Shown: piece after piece, positions 56,797-64,000 of the stretch
Layout of the letters: each line of letters begins with the position of its first letter
Numbering within the stretch: the stretch's first letter is position 1
Assembly: GCA_003499925.1 (NCBI GenBank)
Contig: DNRQ01000007.1
Coordinates: 2,404 to 66,403 of the forward strand
DNA: 64,000 bases
Origin: Geobacter sp.
GTDB taxonomy: Bacteria; Desulfobacterota; Desulfuromonadia; Geobacterales; Geobacteraceae
Reading direction: 5' to 3'
The notes under the pieces: model-generated
What the model saw: only the letters and a program-made list of their open reading frames with translations
Databases searched by the model: none
Told to the model about the DNA's origin: nothing
Program-made: the position numbers and the translations under genes

Positions 56797-58671
56797 TCAG
56801 TTGATGATCACCTTAAACGTGATGCCGAAGTTGGGGTTATTGCTGCCGTCGGAGGCGTTGAACGCCCCGCGCGGCGTAATGCGGATGTGGGTCACCGCGG
56901 GGTCGGCACCGTTGGAGCCGGGTGAGGGAACGTAGTCGAAGTCGGTGCCGCCGTCCCTGGAGAACTGGACGTCGTCGGTTAGGCTCGCCGCCCCCCCCCA
57001 GCTGAAACTGAGCCCGCTGGACGGGGATCCGTCGGCGAACGAGACCGGGGTCGCGCCCAGCATGAGCGAGGTGTGCAGGGGGATCGGATCGGTGATCACG
57101 ATGGAGTTCGCATCCGTTGCCCCCCCGCCGGAATTGGTGATCAAAAGCTGGTACAGCATCTCCCCCCCCGGTATGGCCCGCGGGTTCGCACTGCCGTTTA
57201 CCGGGTCCCAGTGGTTTTGCACCGTCTTCAGCACGATGATGTTGGGTGGCGGCAGCACGGTCAGGAGAGCCGGGGCGACGGTTGCGGGCCCCAGGTTGCC
57301 GGTGCTGACCTGGAAGGAGGGACTCGTGTAGGTGCCGACGCTCGCGCTGGTCACGTTGACCGTCACGCTGCAGCTCGCCCGGGCGGGAATCGTGGCGCCG
57401 GTGAGCTGCAGCGAGTTGCCTCCGGGGAGCGCGGTGAGGCTGCCGCCGCAGCTGGAAAGCGCTGCAGTGGTTGCGTGGTTGACGAGCCCCGACGGGTAGT
57501 TGTCGGTGAAGGCGACTTCGGTCGCGTCGAAGCTGTTCGAGTTGCCGAGGGTGATGGTGACCCGGGACGGGGAGCCGGCGCCGATCGAGGCAGGGGTGAA
57601 GCTCTTGGTGCCGGTAGGGACCGGATAGACCAGCAGAGTCGCCTGCGCCGGGATGGTGTTGTAGTCCGGGCCGTCCACCTGGAGGTGGTTGGCGCTGGGA
57701 TGGGCCGGGATCACGTTGACGGCCGTGGCGCTCGCCGTGACGTTCAACGTGATGCTGCAGCTGCCGTTCGCGCTCTTTTTCCGCTCGGGAATGTTGGCGT
57801 TCTCGCTCCCTTTGCGCTTGGGTATGGAGCCGCCGACCAGGGTAAGCGAGCTGTCGCCGGGGGCGAGCGCGCTGGTCGATCCGGTCCGGTAGACGGCTCC
57901 ACCGCAGTCGCTGCTCAGGCCGACCGGAGAGGCAACCACGAGCCCCTCCGGGAAGAGGTCCGTGAAGGTGGCCCCGGATAGACCCGAGTAGGTCGAGTTG
58001 ATCAGAGTTATGGTGAGCTGCGAAATCCCCCCGTAGGGTATGCTGCTCGGCAGGAACGATTTATGGATGGCGGGGTGTCCCACCGAGAGTGTCGCGCTGG
58101 CGGAAAGTCCGGTGCCGCCGTTTTCGGAAACGATCGGCGAGGTGCTGTTCGGGTAGTTTCCCGTTGGGGCGGTTACCTGGACCGAAACGCTGCAGCTCTC
58201 ATTGGGGGGCAGCGTGACCCCGCTGATGGCGATCTCGGTGCTCCCCGGGGTGGCTCCGGTAACGGTGCCGCCGCAGCCGTTGACCAGGTCGGGTGGGTCG
58301 TCGACCTGGAAAACGCTTCCGCTGGAGAGCAGGGTGTCGCTGACCGCCACGCCGGTCAGCGCGGTGGCGTTGCCGGACGGGTTGCCCAGGGTCAGGGTGA
58401 GAGTCGAGACGCCGTCGTTGTTGATGGTGCTGGGTGTGAACGATTTGGAGATGGTCGGGGGGGCGGGCGGGGTCGGATCCTGTGCCGCACGAGCCGCAGC
58501 AGGCAAGAGAAGGCCCGACAGGACGAGCAGAGCGGGCATCGAGAGTGCAGTGCACCGCAGCGTTGCCGACCTGCCAGTAGCGCCTTGATCTGTGGCAGGC
58601 GGGGTGGACGCCGGCGCCTGTTTCTGCCCGCTCGTCACCTGCTGGTATCCGGTAGCTTCAGAAAATATCAA
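56797..58671 (-). CDS. Secreted multi-Ig-like-repeat protein with C-terminal DUF11-type domain
   Basis: Three repeats starting KSFxPxxI with C-G-G motifs, then RAIPGGEMLYQLLITN; true start probably further downstream, near the hydrophobic segment. Confidence 0.75.
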   Translation of the reverse strand: MIFSEATGYQQVTSGQKQAPASTPPATDQGATGRSATLRCTALSMPALLVLSGLLLPAAARAAQDPTPPAPPTISKSFTPSTINNDGVSTLTLTLGNPSGNATALTGVAVSDTLLSSGSVFQVDDPPDLVNGCGGTVTGATPGSTEIAISGVTLPPNESCSVSVQVTAPTGNYPNSTSPIVSENGGTGLSASATLSVGHPAIHKSFLPSSIPYGGISQLTITLINSTYSGLSGATFTDLFPEGLVVASPVGLSSDCGGAVYRTGSTSALAPGDSSLTLVGGSIPKRKGSENANIPERKKSANGSCSITLNVTASATAVNVIPAHPSANHLQVDGPDYNTIPAQATLLVYPVPTGTKSFTPASIGAGSPSRVTITLGNSNSFDATEVAFTDNYPSGLVNHATTAALSSCGGSLTALPGGNSLQLTGATIPARASCSVTVNVTSASVGTYTSPSFQVSTGNLGPATVAPALLTVLPPPNIIVLKTVQNHWDPVNGSANPRAIPGGEMLYQLLITNSGGGATDANSIVITDPIPLHTSLMLGATPVSFADGSPSSGLSFSWGGAASLTDDVQFSRDGGTDFDYVPSPGSNGADPAVTHIRITPRGAFNASDGSNNPNFGITFKVIIN

Positions 58672-59344
58672 TTCAGGGTCTCACTGGTGCATAAACGGCC
58701 CGGCAATCCCCCAGCCGTGCGTCGTGCTGACGGCCGGGCTAGCGGTCGTTTCCGGCAATCGGCGATGCGGAAATGTCGGCGGTCCGAGGAGTTGCGCCGC
58801 CGGGGTATTCCGCTTTTTGCCTCTGCCGGAGATGGAAAGGGAACTAAATTTATTTTCCTTAATCCGCATCGCTTGCTGTCCTTCGACCCGGTTTTTCGGG
58901 ATTTTGCAGTGGTAAAAACGAAGACCCGGTCTATTTCGCGGCATTAGACTGTGGCTTTTCCCGCTATAGCACGGTCAGGATGGACTCATGAAGCTGAGGC
59001 ACATTAACAAAACTCTTTGATAATATAAAGATAATTTGCATTTGATAGAGGCAAATCACCCCAAAATACTGAGAAAACTTTCTCTTTTGTACTTTGGATC
59101 ACCGGTTAATGCCACCCAGAGCTAATCCTGCTGCGCACGACTGTTACAGTGGAAGGGGCAACTCTGCATCTTCTGTTCCGATCATGGTCGTCGAAACGCT
59201 GATCCAAAGGTTTCAACGTGGGCTGCAGGTAGCTGATTGATGGAAGGTTTTTTAGACTGGAGGAGTTCGGGAAAAGCTCGGCAGCTCCCTCCGCTGCAAA
59301 GGAGAGAGCTCGGGTGGGGATGGGGTGCGTTTGGGGGAAGGGAT

Positions 59345-59628
59345 GTGAAGAACTGAAGCTGACACTATTTCAGGAATAACAAAGGCCGATCGAGGGGCAT
59401 TTTGCCGCCACCCGACCGGCCATTCATCTCGTTCCCAAGCTCCTGCTTGGGAACGCAAATTGTATAGGAAGCTCCGCTTCAACGCCTCAAAGCTGGAGCT
59501 TTGACAGCGATTGCATTCCCAAGCTGGAGCTTGGGAACGAGAAACAGGTGAAGAACTGAAGCTGACACTACTTTCAGGAACAACAAAGGCCGATCGAGGG
59601 GCATTTCGCTGCCACCCGACCGGCCATT
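59345..59628. repeat. ~80-bp direct repeat flanking a REP-like palindromic element
   Basis: 59345-59424 versus 59548-59628; between them TCTCGTTCCCAAGCTCC...GGAGCTTGGGAACGAGA (59427-59542). Confidence 0.85.
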
Positions 59629-59650
59629 GTTCGTTTCCTTTCGTGAGGGA

Positions 59651-60496
59651 TCAGTTCATGTTGAGCAGGATCTTCACTGCCGAGATCTCGGCGTCTGCCA
59701 GAGTTATCCCCTGGTGCCCTGCGACTCCTGCGCCGAACAGGGTATTCAGCCTGCCCCCCTTGAGCGACAGTTCCGGGCCGCTTCCTGGAACGGAGTCGAG
59801 GCTTCCCAGGGTGTGGCAAGAGGCGCAGATCGCGCCGTAGGTCGCCGAGGCAACCAGCGGCACCGGAACCGGTGCGGGTAGTATCGGGCCGAAGCTTCCG
59901 GTCGTGAAGCTGAAGTTCGCGGCGATGGTGTAGCTCGCTTTCGGGGTAGCGCTGTCGCTGCCGTCCACGACCAGTGCCGTGAAGGAACCGGAGACCGGGT
60001 CGCCGGGATTGCTCCCGTAGGATGTGAAGATAATGCTCCCGCCGGCCGTCTGCAACAGCGTCGAGGGGTGGCCGTTGAAGAAGTACACCGTTCCCGGGAA
60101 TGCCGGGGCGCCGCCCGCCGCTCCCCCCAGGGAATAGGCGACGCCCGCGGCTACCGCGCCGGGGTTGGCGATGTCGATGCGCGACACGGTCTTGAACTCC
60201 TGATCGGTCATGCTGGAGGCGATCGCCGCCCGCAGCACCAGCCCGCTGGTCGACGTGGTGGCGGCCAGGTAGGTCGCGTTCCCGATGCCGTAATTGTCGC
60301 TTGTGATCGCGAAGGAGTTTTCCGCCTGCGGTGCCTGCGGTGAGGCCGGGGTGACGCTGTTTACCGCGGCAGGTGCGCTGCCGCCGCCACCCCCGCCGCA
60401 ACCCGAAAAGAGCAGGGCTACCGAGACGACGGCGGCCCTGAATCCGTAACCTATTGCTAAATCGATCCGTCTCGTTTCTCTGCCTGGGACCTTCAT
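59651..60496 (-). CDS. Lipoprotein with C-terminal monoheme cytochrome c domain
   Basis: Lipobox LFSGC followed by GGGGGG; single CASCH near the C-terminus. Confidence 0.75.
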   Translation of the reverse strand: MKVPGRETRRIDLAIGYGFRAAVVSVALLFSGCGGGGGGSAPAAVNSVTPASPQAPQAENSFAITSDNYGIGNATYLAATTSTSGLVLRAAIASSMTDQEFKTVSRIDIANPGAVAAGVAYSLGGAAGGAPAFPGTVYFFNGHPSTLLQTAGGSIIFTSYGSNPGDPVSGSFTALVVDGSDSATPKASYTIAANFSFTTGSFGPILPAPVPVPLVASATYGAICASCHTLGSLDSVPGSGPELSLKGGRLNTLFGAGVAGHQGITLADAEISAVKILLNMN

Positions 60497-60731
60497 GGCG
60501 TTGCCCCCTCTGTTCATTGTTGGCTTTTCTATTACACGCAAAGTGCCATAAAAATTCACAACTGGGAGTTCGGTGCAAGTGGCCGTAATCGCGCGAATTT
60601 ATCCGCATTGGGCGGAGCCGGCTGAAACCGGTTTTCAAAAAACCGCTGTTCATCGGCTGCACAATGTCTGCTCGTGGGCCGCAAATGCCTGTCCAAAGCT
60701 CGCTCGATGCTTTAAGAGCTCCCCCCTTGGG

Positions 60732-60857
60732 GGCACTGTCATTAGGTTATCCGAGTTAGCGCGGATCTTCCGCTGCTCAGATCCCTCCCCTTTCAAGGGG
60801 GAGGTCAGGAGGGGGATGGGGGTGTTTTTGGCACCGGAGCTACCCATCCATGGCAGT
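60732..60857. repeat. Composite repeat: end like the 24190 element plus a partial inverted copy of the 20156 element
   Basis: GGCACTGTCATTAGGTTA, then TTAGCGCGGATCTTCCGCTG..TCAAGGGGGAGGTCAGGAGG..GCACCGGAGCTA, ending ATGGCAGT. Confidence 0.65.
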
Positions 60858-61119
60858 TGAGCGGCGGGATTTGACCCGACTCACCCTCCGGGCCGCAACT
60901 GCCTGTGCCCCGCCCGATCATTGGAAGTGTACCGCAAAGTTAATAATTGTTAATTCGCCTTCGTCCCGCAGCCCCCTCGCAAAGGAGCGATTGTAGGGAG
61001 ATAAATGCCCGCCGCTTCAGCCGCTCCTTGCCGTGAGCGCCGGCTCCCCGGCAGAAAAACATTGTCATCACCCGGTGGAAGTGATAAAAAGTTGCCTTTC
61101 GGTTATTTCCGGGGTGCGC

Positions 61120-62466
61120 ATGGCCTACAGGGACTTACGCGACTTTCTTGCCAGGCTGGATGCGCTGGGCGAACTGCAACGGGTGGATGCGGAGGTGGAC
61201 CCGGATCTGGAGATCGCCGCCATCACCGATCGGCACAGCAAGGCGCCGGGTGGCGGCAAGGCGCTGCTGTTTAGCAGGGTGAAGGGAAGCCGCTATCCGG
61301 TGGCAACCAACCTCTACGGCTCCCATGCCCGGATGGCGCTCGCGCTCGAGGTGGCAAGTCTGGGTGAGCTGACCGGCCGGATGGAGCGGCTGCTCGGCTC
61401 TCCCGACGCTGCTCCGCTGCCTGCGCGGGTCGACGGCGCCCCCTGCCAGGAAATAGTGCAGCAGGTCCCGGATCTTCTGAGCTATCCCTTTCTCAAAAGC
61501 TGGCCCGGGGACGGCGGGCGTTTCATCACCCTTCCCCTGGTCTTTACCCAAGATCCCGAAACCGGAGCGGCCAATTGCGGCATGTACCGGGTCCGGCTCT
61601 TCGACGATTCCAGTGCCGGAATCCGCTGGAAACCGGGGAGCGGCGGCTTCGGCCACTGTGAAAAGTATGCGGCTGCCGGCTTGAAGATGCCGGTGGCGAT
61701 CGCCGTCGGGGCCATCCCGTCGCTCACGCTCGCTGCGTCCCTTCCCCTGCCGGAGCCCTTCGACGAGCTTTCCTTTGCCGGGTTTCTGGGGGGGGAGCCG
61801 GTCGAGATGACGCGCTGCCTGACCTCGGGGCTGAGCGTTCCGGCCCGTGCGGAGCTGGTGATCGAGGGGCATATCGAGCCCGGAGAGACCCGCAGCGAGG
61901 GGCGCTTCGGCAACCACACCGGCCGCTACGATCAAGGGGAGCAGGTTCCGGTGCTCCGGGTCTCCTGCATCACGCACCGCTCGGAGCCGATCTGCCAGGC
62001 TACCGTGGTCGGTCCCCCGCCCATGGAGGATTGCTATCTGGCCAAGGCAGCGGAGCGGTTGCTGGTTCCCTTCAGCAGGAGGCAGTGTCCGGAGATCGTC
62101 GATATCACGCTGCCGATGGAGGGGATCTTCCACGGCTGCGCGGTGATCGCCATCAGGAAGACCGTCGCCGGACAGGGGCGCCGGGTGCTGGAATCGCTTC
62201 GGGACAGCGGCTGGCTCAAGAGGGGGAAGCTCCTGGTCGTGGTTGACGCGGCCGATGCGGCGCTGACGCTCCCCCGGGCCTTCTGGCAGGCGCTGAACGG
62301 CGCCCGGTTCCCGCGCGATCTGCTGCTCTCCGAGGGGAGTCTCGGGATCGACGCGACCCGCAAGTTTCCGGAAGAGGGGGGGGAGCGGGAGTTCCAGGAG
62401 CTTGGGCAGGATCCCTTTGTGAGCGCCCTGGTGGAGAGGAGATGGCGGGAATACGGCTTTCTCTGA
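61120..62466 (+). CDS. ubiD: UbiD-family prFMN-dependent decarboxylase (probably menaquinone pathway)
   Basis: MAYRDLRDF, EVDPDLEIAAI, WPGDGGRFIT, NCGMYR, EGRFGNHTG, GPPPMED, GIDATRK. Confidence 0.88.
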   Translation: MAYRDLRDFLARLDALGELQRVDAEVDPDLEIAAITDRHSKAPGGGKALLFSRVKGSRYPVATNLYGSHARMALALEVASLGELTGRMERLLGSPDAAPLPARVDGAPCQEIVQQVPDLLSYPFLKSWPGDGGRFITLPLVFTQDPETGAANCGMYRVRLFDDSSAGIRWKPGSGGFGHCEKYAAAGLKMPVAIAVGAIPSLTLAASLPLPEPFDELSFAGFLGGEPVEMTRCLTSGLSVPARAELVIEGHIEPGETRSEGRFGNHTGRYDQGEQVPVLRVSCITHRSEPICQATVVGPPPMEDCYLAKAAERLLVPFSRRQCPEIVDITLPMEGIFHGCAVIAIRKTVAGQGRRVLESLRDSGWLKRGKLLVVVDAADAALTLPRAFWQALNGARFPRDLLLSEGSLGIDATRKFPEEGGEREFQELGQDPFVSALVERRWREYGFL

Positions 62467-62478
62467 ACCTGAAGATTT

Positions 62479-62660
62479 TTTCGCCACAAAAAGGCACAAA
62501 AGACGCAAAAAAAGGCAGGACTTTAACACCGGAAAAACAATTAAGAAGATGCGTTCTTTTTATAATTATAAGAAGATTGGTTCTCTTTTGTGCATTTTGT
62601 GCCTTTTTGTGGCTAATCTCTTTTATGTCTTTTGTGTTTTTTGAGCCTTTTAGTGGCAAA
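62479..62660. repeat. AT-rich inverted 9-mer repeat element
   Basis: GCCACAAAAAGGCACAAAA..GCAAAA versus TTTTGTGCATTTTGTGCCTTTTTGTGGC, with a third degenerate arm. Confidence 0.7.
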
Positions 62661-62679
62661 AGGGGCTGGAAAGGTCGGT

Positions 62680-63573
62680 ATGAGCAGTCAGGCAGGAGTT
62701 GAAATGACAGTATGCGCCAGGGTGCGGGTCTTCCTGGAGATGATCAAGTTTTCCCACACCATTTTCGCACTCCCCTTTGCCTTCACCGGAGCGCTGCTTG
62801 CGGCTGGCGGTCTGCCGACGCTCCCCCAGGTGGGGTGGATCGTCTGCGCCATGGTCGGGGCGCGCACAGCCGCCATGGGGCTTAACCGCGTCATCGACGC
62901 GGAGATCGACGCGAGGAACCCGCGCACCAGCGGGCGCGCCATCCCGGCCGGACTGCTCAGTCGCGGAGCCGTGCTCTTCTTCATCGCACTTTCCGTGCTC
63001 CTGATGCTTTTTGCCGCGCGGATGCTGAACCCGCTCTGCCTCTACCTTTCACCGGTGGCACTCGGCTTCATCCTGCTCTATTCCTACTGCAAGCGCTTCA
63101 CCGCCCTGGCGCACGTGGTGCTCGGCATCTGCCTGTCCGGAGCGCCGCTTGGCGCCTGGATCGCCATCCGGGGCGACCTGGAACTTCCCGCCTTTCTGCT
63201 GGCGCTTGCCGTCCTTTTCTGGGTGGCCGGTTTCGACATCCTCTACGCGCTGCAGGATCTCGATTTCGACCGGCAGAGCGGGCTGCACTCCATTCCGTCC
63301 AAGCTGGGCGTCACCGGCTCGCTCTGGACCGCGCGGCTCTTTCACCTTGCTGCCTGCGGATTCCTGGCTGCGCTCCATCTCACCATGAACCTGGGCCCCT
63401 TCTTTCTGGTCGGCCTGGTTGCCACCTGCGGCATGCTGCTGTATGAGCACTGGCTTTTGCGCCGCGGCAACCTCGACTGTCTCGATGCCGCCTTTTTCAA
63501 CATGAACGGCTACATCAGCGTGACCCTCTTTCTCGCCACGCTTTTCGATACCCTGACAGGCGGCGCGGCGTGA
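62680..63573 (+). CDS. ubiA: UbiA-family prenyltransferase
   Basis: MIKFSHTIFALPFA, NRVIDAEIDARNPRT, YSYCKRF, FDILYALQD. Confidence 0.92.
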   Translation: MSSQAGVEMTVCARVRVFLEMIKFSHTIFALPFAFTGALLAAGGLPTLPQVGWIVCAMVGARTAAMGLNRVIDAEIDARNPRTSGRAIPAGLLSRGAVLFFIALSVLLMLFAARMLNPLCLYLSPVALGFILLYSYCKRFTALAHVVLGICLSGAPLGAWIAIRGDLELPAFLLALAVLFWVAGFDILYALQDLDFDRQSGLHSIPSKLGVTGSLWTARLFHLAACGFLAALHLTMNLGPFFLVGLVATCGMLLYEHWLLRRGNLDCLDAAFFNMNGYISVTLFLATLFDTLTGGAA

Positions 63574-64000
63574 CCGCCCGGCACTTCGCCCTCGCCATCA
63601 CCGGCGCCTCCGGTTCCATTTACGGCCTGCGGGTCGCAGGGGAGCTGTTGCGCGCCGGAGAGAGGGTCAGCATGCTGATCACCGGGGCCGGTTTCGCGGT
63701 GCTGAAGGAGGAGTGCGGCCTCGACTGGGCCGGAGCCGGAGTCGTTGACGAGCTGCGAGCCTACTTCCAGTACCAGGGAGAGCGGCTCAGCTTCCATGCC
63801 GAAGATGACCTGCTCTCCCCCATAGCCAGCGGCTCGTCGGCCCCGGACGCCATGATCGTCGTCCCGTGTTCCATGGGGACCTTGTCCAGGATAAGCTGCG
63901 GCAACTCCGGAAACCTGTTGGAGCGGGCGGCGGACGTCATGCTGAAGGAGGGGCGTCCCCTGGTGCTGGTGCCGCGGGAAACCCCGTTCAATGCGATCCA
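63570..64000 (+). CDS. ubiX: Flavin prenyltransferase UbiX (3' end outside the window)
   Basis: GTG overlapping the ubiA stop; AITGASGSIYG, IASGS, VPCSMGTL, RAADVMLKEGRPLVLVPRETP. Confidence 0.93.
   Translation, partial: MTARHFALAITGASGSIYGLRVAGELLRAGERVSMLITGAGFAVLKEECGLDWAGAGVVDELRAYFQYQGERLSFHAEDDLLSPIASGSSAPDAMIVVPCSMGTLSRISCGNSGNLLERAADVMLKEGRPLVLVPRETPFNAI

Noticed and set aside
58915..58965. c-di-GMP-I/GEMM riboswitch upstream of the DUF11 cluster
   Set aside because: The minus strand has a partial resemblance (GGAAAAGCCACAGTCTAA..ATAGACCGGGT) but no convincing 5' GNRA hairpin; an Infernal search with the Rfam model would decide.
60533..60549. Sigma54 promoter for the cytochrome lipoprotein
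   Set aside because: TGGCAC is present on the minus strand, but the -12 position reads GT rather than GC.

Overview
GC-rich deltaproteobacterial chromosome segment, most likely Geobacteraceae (inferred from the cbcL-type cytochrome, the ubiD/ubiA/ubiX cluster and the typical GC-rich palindromic repeats). Housekeeping genes lie on both flanks: DEAD helicase, fprA, priA, cbcL, glmU-glmS, pcrA, pdxA, a transglycosylase, an HD-GYP regulator, a diguanylate cyclase, pilB-like and pilT on the left; a hybrid kinase, a five-gene DUF11/OmpA surface cluster and ubiD-ubiA-ubiX on the right. The main unusual structure is a ~12.4 kb array (31414-43828) anchored on a minus-strand tRNA-Pro(CGG). Six copies of the tRNA 3' end, each with a related terminator hairpin, divide it into six modules. 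The four tRNA-proximal modules are 1.0-1.3 kb and each carries a different type II toxin-antitoxin pair. The two distal modules are ~3.9 kb and each carries one large secreted beta-propeller repeat protein; their tRNA copies are increasingly decayed. There is no intact integrase, only a remnant, and that remnant is fused to a perfect 81-bp inverted copy of the ubiA gene 23 kb away. A second candidate system is the DUF11 cluster, whose domain ends suggest a donor-strand-linked surface fibre. All product calls come from motif recognition by eye; no database search was run.
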